A DNA stretch of 64,000 nucleotides from Ramazzottius varieornatus (taxonomy: Eukaryota > Animalia > Tardigrada), in assembly GCA_001949185.1 (NCBI GenBank), contig BDGG01000006.1:1780827-1844826 (forward strand), written 5' to 3'. Positions 12,480-25,300 of the stretch are shown one piece after another. The stretch's first letter is position 1; each line of letters begins with the position of its first letter. A program made the position numbers and the translations under genes. Below the pieces are notes generated by a model. It was given only the letters and a program-made list of their open reading frames with translations. It searched no databases and was not told where the DNA came from.

Positions 12480-14044
12480 GTTACTCTCCTCGCCGCAGTC
12501 TCAGTTCAAGTCATATGATGTCCCAAGATTCCAAACCGTCGCAGAACCTGAGACGAAGTCAGCGTGGCAGTCAGCAGAAAATCAAGGAAGACGCGCTCAG
12601 CTTTGATGATGAACTAGTCCACGCCACACGCTCTCTCCGCAGCAGTCAGCAAGTGAAGCAAGAAGATCTGACGGATGAAGATGAAGTTCCACTTTTGAAA
12701 CACTCTCCAGTTCGGCGCAGTGCTCGACGAAAGATGCCCATCAAACAAGAACCGGTCGACCAAGATGGACCTGCCAAATCAAGCTCTGTCTCGTCGACGG
12801 CCGTTACTGAGGAAGTTATGATCACACCCGTCCGCACTCGTGGCCGAGCCACTCGAGAAAGCATTGGTACGCCTGTTCCTCGAGCTCAACGTTCTTCAGC
12901 GCAGAGTAAGTGTAAAGCCTTCCACTGGCTAGACAAGAACCCTACATGGTCGGTCGATGAAGGAATTAGGATCAAAAGGGAACTGACTGGGGAGAGCTTG
13001 CTTTATTAGTAATGCTAGGTCTCAAGAGAAGGAAAAGAAAAAGCCCCCCCCCCCCCCATTGTTACTGAACAGTCGGTTTATATACTTTGACAGCGAAGCA
13101 GAAGGAAAGAGAAAGTTCTAGAAGTGCGTGAAGTGTTCGTGCTGATTCAGCACGAGTGCTTCATTGCCGAGATAAGCTCCTTACATAAGTGCTCGAAAGA
13201 CAAATCTGGTATCTGAATAACGGTTGATGCGAAATTCACTTCTGGATTTTTGCCTCGATCATTTGCGCACTGGGTTGACGTATTAGTAAGTTATACCCGG
13301 GGGAGAGCACAAGACTGTATATTGCCATGGAGTGGTAATTCACTGTTGTTGTCCAGAATGGTTTCGCTGGGTGGGTGTTTCGGGAAAATTTATTTTTCTC
13401 GTTGCTCCACCCATTTCGAGTTGTTTGATTGGCTTGGGTTAGATAGTGCTTTTTAATTGGTCGCACGCCGGTACTTTTGACTGGCCACTGGACAACCGTG
13501 ACCGTCTGATGTTACAACGGATGGTGTCTCAATTTTCCTCTTGGCTTCCCTTGTAGAGCGGGAAGTGGAAATCCTCGACCACAGGGAGAATCGAGGGAAG
13601 TACATGTTTCGCGTCCGTGAACGTGACGGCGAGACTCGCTGGTTAGAGCAGGACTACGTGGCCAAATTCGTCGATCCAGTCGTAGGTTCTGCATACTTGG
13701 AAGCGTGTGGCCTCACTTCAGGCACGACGCGCTTGAAAGGAATGGCTCGACACTCAAGCAGGACCCCGTCTCGCTCTGCTCAGTCGTCGGAACGTTCTTC
13801 CAAGAAACCAAAGATTAAGAAGGAAGAAGTGGCCGTCGAAGTGATCGACGGGAAGAAATACTTCTACGTGGAAAAGATACTTGGGAAACGTAAAGGTAAA
13901 ACTGAAGACGAGTTTCTTGTCAAGTGGATGAACTATGATGAGAAGAATAACTCTTGGGAACCTCGAAGCAACGTTAATGCACCACAGCTGCTCCGGGAAT
14001 ACGAGGAGAAGGAAGCTGCTGAGAAAGGAGATGTAGATTGTTAG
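12480..14044 (+). CDS. Chromodomain protein, 3' exons (12480-12905, 13557-14044): basic/Ser-rich region, chromo-shadow-like segment, C-terminal chromodomain
   Basis: A phase-1 GT-AG intron joins the exons in frame. Canonical chromodomain FYVEKILGKR..FLVKWMNYDEKNNSWEPRSNVNAPQLLREYE with the aromatic cage residues present. Confidence 0.85.
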
Positions 14045-14710
14045 TGAAGTTGTATGAAGTCGCTCATGGTCAAGTTCCTTGGTAGAGTCTCTTTTCGTGA
14101 ATTTGTGTACTTTTTTCCAAACTTCCGTTTCTTTGTATACGTATACCGACGAGCCGTAGTGGCTCAGGAAGGCTCTCTTTCCCATTTCATTACCGTCCTC
14201 ACTGTTTCATCTTTCATGGATCCTTTCGTTGTTTTGTTTTTCATGTAGAGTTTCTTCCTCATTTCGTTCTACGCTGTGCACCGTACCGTGACTTTGTGTA
14301 CCAAAGGTAACGTGACTTCCATTGTAAAAACCTACTGTTAGAAGTTCTTTGTTACAATGAACTTTCGCGCCGTTGTTGGAATTGTATAAAGTTGTGTACC
14401 AAGATTTACAATAACCGTCGCGCTCCATTTTGTTCAGAGCCATTAAACTTTTTCCGGTCTCCCCGCGAGCTATGCCAAATAGACACTTTCATTTCCGACG
14501 TATACGTTGTGATAGCTGAACAACTTGGTTACGAACACCGCCGTGTGGATTGCTCGTGCAATAACAAGCTCCGCGGCGTTATCCGGACAGGAAGGTGTAT
14601 CAGATTTTTTCCTCGAAAGTTCAGTCTACTGAGATCTCTACCGCATCCCGTTCTGCTTTCGGACGCTATAATCCTTAAATTTGGTTTGACATTCAACAAA
14701 CACTTGATGG

Positions 14711-15058
14711 ATGGAGTCTGGGCGCGTTTATTTCATCACGTTATTCGCCTGTTTGGGTTGCAGCTTGCTGGTTTATCTGACATCGTTGTCTTCGTCTTCT
14801 AACTCACTTTTCAATCTATTCCCTGATGAAAAACCTGCTGGAGCTGGCAGACTGATCCGGATCAGACGGCAGCCTTTCTGGAACTGCAAATCATGGTGGA
14901 CTATCACCCATGGCGCGACGTGCCACACCGCAGCCAAAGCGTGCAGCACTGACTTAGCAGGGTTACTGAGGGCTAATCCAGTTCTGGGCGAAAAAGGTGG
15001 TGGCTGTAAACTTTTAGTCGACGGTCAGCAGCTCTGTTGTTCGGTGCCGGTATCGTGA
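14711..15058 (+). CDS. Small secreted Cys-rich LysM-domain protein (intronless)
   Basis: Hydrophobic N-terminus, RIRR processing motif, then CKSWWTITHGATCHTAAKACSTDLAGLLRANPVL...CKLLVDGQQLCC, matching the LysM pattern (C..Y.V..GDTC..IA......L...NP.L...C..L..GQ.LC). Confidence 0.8.
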   Translation: MESGRVYFITLFACLGCSLLVYLTSLSSSSNSLFNLFPDEKPAGAGRLIRIRRQPFWNCKSWWTITHGATCHTAAKACSTDLAGLLRANPVLGEKGGGCKLLVDGQQLCCSVPVS

Positions 15059-15105
15059 GATCAAATCAAAGACTATCGTCAAGAGTACAAGCAATCGTGC
15101 ATATA

Positions 15106-17918
<2,813 letters not shown>

Positions 17919-18862
17919 TCAAGCTACCAATTTCCGAATATGTCTATATATCTGTGCCAAGGCTTTCGTCAACTGGGAAAACACGCATTTATTGCATTCC
18001 ACTCGTCCACATGTACACGCACGATGGGTAACTATGAGGCCTGTAAAAATTATGAGACAAGCCTTGTGGCTACGAAACGGTTACGGCGGTACGGAAGCAC
18101 TTACGTACACTGAGTCCCCTATTTATCTGACCACCCCCATCTTCGTTTCAGAACTTCATAACTTATTCCGCACTAACCCGATTTCGATATTCTGAACGTC
18201 TTTATAGAGATCAGTGTTTGATCTTTACGACCACGTGACTTCCGTATGAATCAGTCAGCAAATCAACTGGCAGTATCATCCCTACGAACACCTACAACTA
18301 CCTTGTTTTCGGCTCCGAGTTCAAGTAGAATTTCTCTTGACGTATGATGGCAAAGTTTTATGCGCTAGAAATGTTAGGAAATTTTCCTCGTACACTTGTC
18401 CAACCGGCGTTGGTCCATTGTACAGTACATGTTCAGTGTCCAGCCCAGCTTTTAAAACGTCCATCCATGACTAGTCCAAAATCAGAATAGTTCGGTTTCC
18501 CACTATACTTGTTCTCGACTATTGGTGTAGTTATAGTAATTCGACCGTAATAACGTGGAACATGACGTGGAACTCTGTCCCACCATCACCGGGTACTAAA
18601 TGGCAGCACCACTCTACATTAATGTCAAATTACAATGTATCCACCTGTATGTCAACGTCACAAAATTCTACTGCGTCGCTAGTTTTGGGAATGGAAGCTT
18701 TTATGAGTTTGACTTCAAGAACCGCAGGCATAGTATACAGTCAGAACAATACGGATCCGGAGGTTTATCCTGTTAATTAGTTTTTTCGTCGACTTGCAGC
18801 TCAGTGGTTTATTTTCGTCTAAGCTTTGCGTGTGATCATAGAACAGCTGTGTTTACGTAGAG

Positions 18863-19345
18863 TTATCGTCCGGCTCCATACTGGGGAAACTGCCCATCGA
18901 ACATGAATCCGTTTTCGATTTTCCGCATTCCAATATTCGTGTAGAATCCCATGGATGCAGGTGAAGATTTCAGAACAAAGTCTGGCTGAGGGCCGACGAG
19001 ATCTTTAGCCAGCATAATCAGCTGCTTTCCTAGACCACCTTTCTGGTACTCCTTGCGCACAGCCACATGGGACAGATAGCAGATGAACACCCAGTCTGTT
19101 ACCACCCGTGCTAGACCAACTAGACGTTCCTGGTCCCACACAGATATCAGCATAGTGCTGCTGTCCAGTATGGCCTGTATACGGCTTCTGTCCGTGATTG
19201 GTCGGGGCCAGCCAGCACTGTCGTACATCTCTACGAACTGATCCACTGTTACCGGGTAGTTTTTCCGAAACTCCAGGGTCGGCTGCAGAGAACTGGCAGG
19301 GACCGAAAGAACCTCCGGGTTAATTGTATCTTTCAGTGATGACAT
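18863..19345 (-). CDS. GNAT-family N-acetyltransferase, intronless, bacterial-like
   Basis: ISVWDQERLVGLARVVTDWVFICYLSHVAVRKEYQKGGLGKQLI contains the GNAT motif A (Q/RxxGxG), followed by MGFYTNIG. Single exon from ATG 19345. Confidence 0.88.
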   Translation of the reverse strand: MSSLKDTINPEVLSVPASSLQPTLEFRKNYPVTVDQFVEMYDSAGWPRPITDRSRIQAILDSSTMLISVWDQERLVGLARVVTDWVFICYLSHVAVRKEYQKGGLGKQLIMLAKDLVGPQPDFVLKSSPASMGFYTNIGMRKIENGFMFDGQFPQYGAGR

Positions 19346-20461
19346 AATCTGCCCAAGTTTTATAAATCCAAGGGAGAGGGAAGTTGTACAGGAGGAAACA
19401 TGAGTACAGTTGGACTTGACGTGCACTGCGTCTCAACCGCAGAAGCTAGGCAAAGAATGCTTAGCTTGAGCCCTCAGTACGCTATCTTGTGACAACAGAC
19501 AAGTTCAGAGTCCAAACAGCTGTTTGTCACGCTATCTGTTATACACGCCATTGTCGTCTGCTGACAGTAGCCAGCTACGTTGTCATCCCTATCCACCTAT
19601 ACGACCGGTAGACCAAGGCCGTGTCGATTGCGGTCGTGCAGCTGTAGCCCCATGCCGGTTAACAGCAATTCCAACAACCAGCACCGGTGAAATTATCGAT
19701 ATCATTACCGATAGCGACGCCAATACCGGTACCAAAAACCGTTGGTGCCAACAGCGACACCAGCTGTATCTCTAATGGGACCGACAATGCAAGCGGATGC
19801 ACAATTGCTGGAAACGGCTACGGTCATAATGCAGGTAATTCGTCCTCTTTGAGCGGGGTAATGTTAACCGGCATCTCTCAACCGATCTACCGGTGACGCG
19901 CGGTGCCGAACTGACGGCTGGGGGGGGGGGGGGCGGGGGGAGTTTTAATAAAGCTGATGGCAGTGGGGCGAAAGGGAATGACGCTTGAACTGGTGGTTCT
20001 TCACAGTACGCCTTATCCAATGTCCCGGACCGATGGGGTCTAAGGCAGGAAACCATATCACGCTATGTGCATTTGAAGTAGAAATCCACACAATGGACTT
20101 TAGGACCCGAGCTGCGCGAACCCAGACTGAGCTCTTGTTTCGCTGGTGATTGACAGATGAAGTGAGCCTTCCATGAACCGGATGCTCAGATTGTCTACCT
20201 ACACTTACGTTTCAATGCAAGTGGCAAATTTGCCATACTGACGGTGAAAAAAAATATGCTGATGAGGCAAGCGACAAAAGCTGCAGCCATCCGAATTATA
20301 TGCGGACATATCCGGAAATGACACTACACGTTTCCAGCGACATAAGCTTCTTCCTGAGGGTTTGAAGTCTTAAATTCCCCCCGTTTCCAACCCGACGCAA
20401 TATCATTATCCTACCCTAAGACGAATGGACTTCGATAACAGCTTCTAGATTTTTCTGTGCA

Positions 20462-20887
20462 ATGTTTCGATTTGTGCCTTTCCTTGTGATGAGTATCGTT
20501 GCCCTCTGCCTGCTGGGCTTACTCGTCCCAGGTAATGCGAGTTTTGGACCAGCAGGTGGTCGAAAACTTGGTCGCTGCCCACCACTGAACTCAGCAGCTT
20601 TTGAGAACTGTAACTCACAGCGGAAGTGTCACAGCGATGTACATTGTCCCAGAAGCCAGAAGTGCTGCTCGGGAGGATGTGGTTTGAATTGCAAGTCTTC
20701 GGTAAAAGCCCCGTCCTCAACTAGATCTTGCCCTCCGAAACGCTTTGATCCGACGGACTGCCTTGCTGTTCTCTGTGCCGCTTGCGATGAAGGGACTTGT
20801 GTTGAAGGACAAAAGTGTTGTGCCGTCAGTAACTGCTGTCCGGTGTGCACCAGCGTTGTCTTCACCTTATCGACGGGCCAAGGATAG
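20462..20887 (+). CDS. Secreted WAP (four-disulphide core) protein, waprin/crustin-like, intronless
   Basis: Signal peptide; KLGRCP...C....KCHSDVHCPRSQKCCSGGCGLNC, plus a second WAP-like repeat CPP...C...C....CVEGQKCC....CCPVC. Confidence 0.88.
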   Translation: MFRFVPFLVMSIVALCLLGLLVPGNASFGPAGGRKLGRCPPLNSAAFENCNSQRKCHSDVHCPRSQKCCSGGCGLNCKSSVKAPSSTRSCPPKRFDPTDCLAVLCAACDEGTCVEGQKCCAVSNCCPVCTSVVFTLSTGQG

Positions 20888-20948
20888 TCAGTCAGAAGCC
20901 AAACTGCGAGCATGTTATCTGCGCGAAAGAACTACCAGACCTTATGGT

Positions 20949-22189
20949 GTACACGCGGCTGACCTAACTATTGGCCTGGACCAAATTTCTGGCCGGACGG
21001 GCTGGCGGCAGTTTAACGCAGAGATTGTTATGTCGTAGCAGAAACTAGCCCTGTGACGTCAGCAAGTAAAATTTCGCAGTGCAATATGCGGAATACAGTG
21101 TCATTCCAGATTTCGTTTCTTATTTCGTACTTCTTTTCCCATCTTGAGGAAGGTTAGCCTGGAATATGCCGGAAGGTCTGAAGAGCAAGAGACAGCGAAA
21201 GTATACGGAGGATAGCCTGAAAAAGGCAGTTCGTGCGGTTGTCTCATAAGGTGGTGGATTGCCTAAGTAAGGGCCTTTCCGGCGAGAAAACTCAAGTTTT
21301 AATATATTAGATACGCCGTTAGGTGTACAATCTACATTTACAGCTTCTCGTAATCAGCGTTCTAAGTAGTTCTTAGGCTGACAGAACTGGTGGACTTGGA
21401 GAGGAAGCGAGAAAAGAATAAAGTGGTCAAGTAGTCTCAAGCACGGTTGTCATGTGTACAAACAAGTACGGTGGAGAGAAAGGAAGAATGTCTCGTGCTG
21501 TGTGCGTGTCGATCGGAAGATCGGTTTTACGCTATTTTGGTTCTTTTCTTCCCACCCACCGTCCCGCTTTTGTTGATGACTCGTCGGTTTAGCAAAGTTA
21601 TAAGGTTAAATTATCTTTATTCGGTGCTGTAATTACTTATGCAATTGGGATTAGTCTTCTTGGTCATAGAAACTTTAACGACGAATTAGCGGTTCTCGGA
21701 TTGATGTTGGCTCCCTGTCGATGAGTTCTTTCCTGTGTGGCTTGAACGGGAACTGTGTGGTTGACGTTGACCTTTGTAGTTCGAACTTGACCTGTGTCAT
21801 CTTGCGCTGACCTGTGTGGTGACCTGACCTGTGTGGTCGTGTAAAATAAAGAGGGGGGTACGACGCGAGATGAGTGTGGCGGAGTATTCTGCCTAGCTCA
21901 GCCTAGTACCTGTTCTCAGTTACCGCCTATGAGTTCGGTTCGTGATAGTTCCTGTGGTGTTCCATTAATGAAGAGAATAGCTGTAAACGTTGATTTACCA
22001 TCAGTGCTGCATTTGTCTAGCAAAATAACCAAGCATATGGAAGGAAACCAGGTCTACGATGATTGAGGAGATCTCTGCAAACGTTTGGTTGCTCGTGTAG
22101 GTAAAGCGGTAATGTGTGGTGAAACCACTTCTGTTTCAGCCGCAAGCGAATACAGCTGGCGGAGCCGCTGATTCGGAAATCAGTGGCCA
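20949..22189 (+). mobile_element. Truncated, near-identical inverted copy of the non-autonomous element at 61205-62499
   Basis: Sequence is the reverse complement of ~61249-62497 with few differences; identical spurious ORFs at 21447/61805 and 22017/61226; one TIR is missing. Confidence 0.9.
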
Positions 22190-22334
22190 CTGTTACTGTC
22201 TCATGTTTACCCATCGTGCGTGTACGTGTACGCAGTGATGCCAAACCCTTCCCACCTAAAGTTAATCATGTTGGGGAATGAGCGGGAGAACATTCCTACA
22301 GCGTTGATATTCAATGAGGGTAACGTATACATAG

Positions 22335-25300
22335 TTCCTGTCGTGCTGGGTAAAGGCGAAGTCGGAACGGTTTATCAGGCTTCGGTCATAGGACCGCGCG
22401 AAGAAGGTCTGGTCCTGTACAAGTGGCTATCAAGAAAATGGTTTTTCGAAATGCGCATACGGTGAGCCAGCCCCATAAAGTCATCGACGAACAAGTACTA
22501 CGTACGTGCCATGTTGAAGGCCGGATAGCAGCCAAAAGTCGTCATTTTTAGTGGTGGCACTCGGTATGGTCTGTTCCGTGGTGACTTACACCAGCGGTGC
22601 CGCGGCGAACAGGACTTTGCGGAAAACAGTAAGAGAACAGCAACGTCGGCCCTTACGTCACGAGCCGAGCCACGACATTGACCGTGTATGTACGTTGCAC
22701 CCATGGAGTCGTCTCGTAGGAGAATTCGTGTTGACACAGTTTATGACCTTGAAATTCTTCTTAGAATATATCCGGCGCTAATTTTAGAACTGTGCAAAAT
22801 GGGCAGGTTGTAAAGTCAACTCGTCACCTCGTGGCTGGGCGACCTGCAGACGGTTGCCTTTCACGGTCCACCGAAGATGAAAGGCTATCGTTGGAGCATT
22901 TGATGTACTTTGCCACTCAAGTCTATGCCGACCTCGAATACTTGACTTCTCGCTCGACTGTTTCATAGAGACACTGCGGCAAAGAACCTGTTGCTGACCA
23001 GAAACAGGACCGGAAAGGTTTCAGATTTTGGTTTGGAAAAGTACGATAAGTGTCGTTCGTCAAAGACCGAATCAAGTAAGCGCAACGTCTGCTGCTTAAG
23101 CGTACTTTCTCTCTTCATCGTGATTGATACGCTACAGTTCAAATAAGGGAGAAGTAAGGGCGTAGGCATCATCTATGCAAACACTGTTGTACAATGACGA
23201 GAGTAACTTCCCACCCGTAATCGAATTTGATTGGTTTAGTGTGCCTGCACAAGTTCACTGTGAGTGCAGTAATGTGTCCACAACTGATAATCGAATTCTA
23301 CCACGGGCTGGGAAGCACTTTCGACATTGTACAGTATGGCAGGTAGTGCTGGCAAAAATACGATAAAATTCGATACGATATTTTTCGATACAATATCGGC
23401 GGATATTTTATCACGGTCTTCGACATTCATTCGATATCGATATTTCGATGCGATATTTTTCCGTTACCGTATTCTCGATATATCGTATCATATCGCAGCG
23501 ATATATCGATATTTCTGGAATTTTAGTTCTCGGAATTCCACTGGTTCAAGCCCAATAACTCAAGAAGGCGATTTCCACATGAAGTATTAGTAAGATCGAA
23601 AGCGTCGGATGCAGCAAAGACATGATTATACCAAGACTACAGACACATGGAAACCTGGACAGAATTAGTACCAGAACAGAATGGGTGGAGTGTGCTCGGT
23701 ACACCATGGCCAAAACCAAGTTCTGAAATTAACCATGTTCTTCCGTAAACGAGATATCACTGGCGAGTTTGCCATTCAGCAAAATACCGATATATCGAAA
23801 ATATATCGATATGGTGCGATACGATATCGCCGAATATTTTATTGCATTATTCGACACGAGTTTCATATCTATATTTTCGATACGATATCGGTATACCGTA
23901 TCGTTGCCACCACTAATGGCAGGTTCGACTATCAGTTCGATAGATGGGTTTCGGCAATTTTCCTTACATTGACTAATATCGCGATTGTTCAGGAAACGGT
24001 TTGGAAGTTTTGACACCTCGGGGGCAATCTTCAACTGCTAATGCGATCTAGTATAAACATCGAGCAACCAGATTCTGATATCCATTTGGCTGTTTGACCA
24101 GTGGTCAGTCGGCTACGCCGGGAAAGTCCGAAGGGGTTCGAATTCTTAACTGAACGAGGTTTGATGTCACAATGACGTCATGTAGCATAAAAATCCCGTG
24201 GCGGGGATGTTTCAGTTATAGGTTACCCCCGAAATTTTCCAGAGTGGCTTCCCAAAAGGGCGGACAGTTTTTTGAGACTTTGAGCCACGGCGAGGTACGG
24301 CAAAGGTACCATCCGATGCCCTTGAATATTCTCCCAAATTTTAGGTCAGAAAAGGGTCATTTGGTACCAAAACTAATGTACCGAAAATTGGGCTGCCGAA
24401 ACCCAGATGGTACCGGAACCCATCAAGAGCGGAACCTTCGCTTCAGCCAGCGATATGTGCGAAGTAGTGCTGTGCGAGATGTACTCATTGGCCCCGTTTC
24501 CTAATCTAAACCTTCCTCTGGATGGTTCGGTCCAAGAGTTCGTAGCTATGGAGTGACTTCTAACCGGTAACCGTCTCAAGAAACCATTGTATACGACCTG
24601 TAGCATTTGACTGACGTGAGTACTTCCCTCTTGGAATGCAGTCGAGTGGAGAGATTGTACAGTATGAGGCAGCCAAGTTGTCCCCATGACAGTTTTTCTT
24701 TCTTGAAATATTCTCTGTTCCTTTTATTCAGCTGATTCCTTGTTCAACAAATTCAGCAAACTACTGCCCACGTTTTGAAAAAGTTTTAAAGCCAGCCTAG
24801 TCAACACTGACTTTGAAAAAATTTGAAGTTAATTCACAAGGGGATCCGAAACACCCGTTATAAACCGGGGTCTGCAGAGTGAAACTTAAGTTCTACCTAC
24901 TTTTTTGCTATTGATAAATGTGTAAGAGGGGCTGTTCTGTTTAGGCAAGTTGAAACAGAAAATCTTGAATCAACGTCGCGGGAAGAATTCACTCAAAACG
25001 GCTGTTTTTCGGTTTCCCCGGTATATCTCCCCTTCTGAAAAAGCGCATCGCGAATGTTTCTCCCGCCGAAAGAGCGTGCTATTTTGGCCGACGAAAGACC
25101 TATGGTTTTAGTATTCACCTGCTTAAATGCAAGCAGTTTGGATGCTTTGGTGTTCTTGAGGATTTCGGCGGCTGAAGGTGCAAACACGCGTAGAAGAGGT
25201 CGACTTTCGTTGGAGTGAGTCGAATTTGAAGTGGATAATATTTTTCAGACCATTCAGTTTTGACCAATGCTTGCAAGTTTTCGATAGCAAGAACGTTCGG

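Noticed and set aside
19919-19939. Poly-G run (and poly-C near 13044-13057) as a G-quadruplex regulatory element
   Set aside because: These are simple homopolymers with no supporting context, and their lengths are error-prone.
21447-21632. 61-aa ORF identical to 61805-61990, suggesting a duplicated small gene
   Set aside because: Both lie within copies of the same non-autonomous transposon, and the start codon is not ATG.
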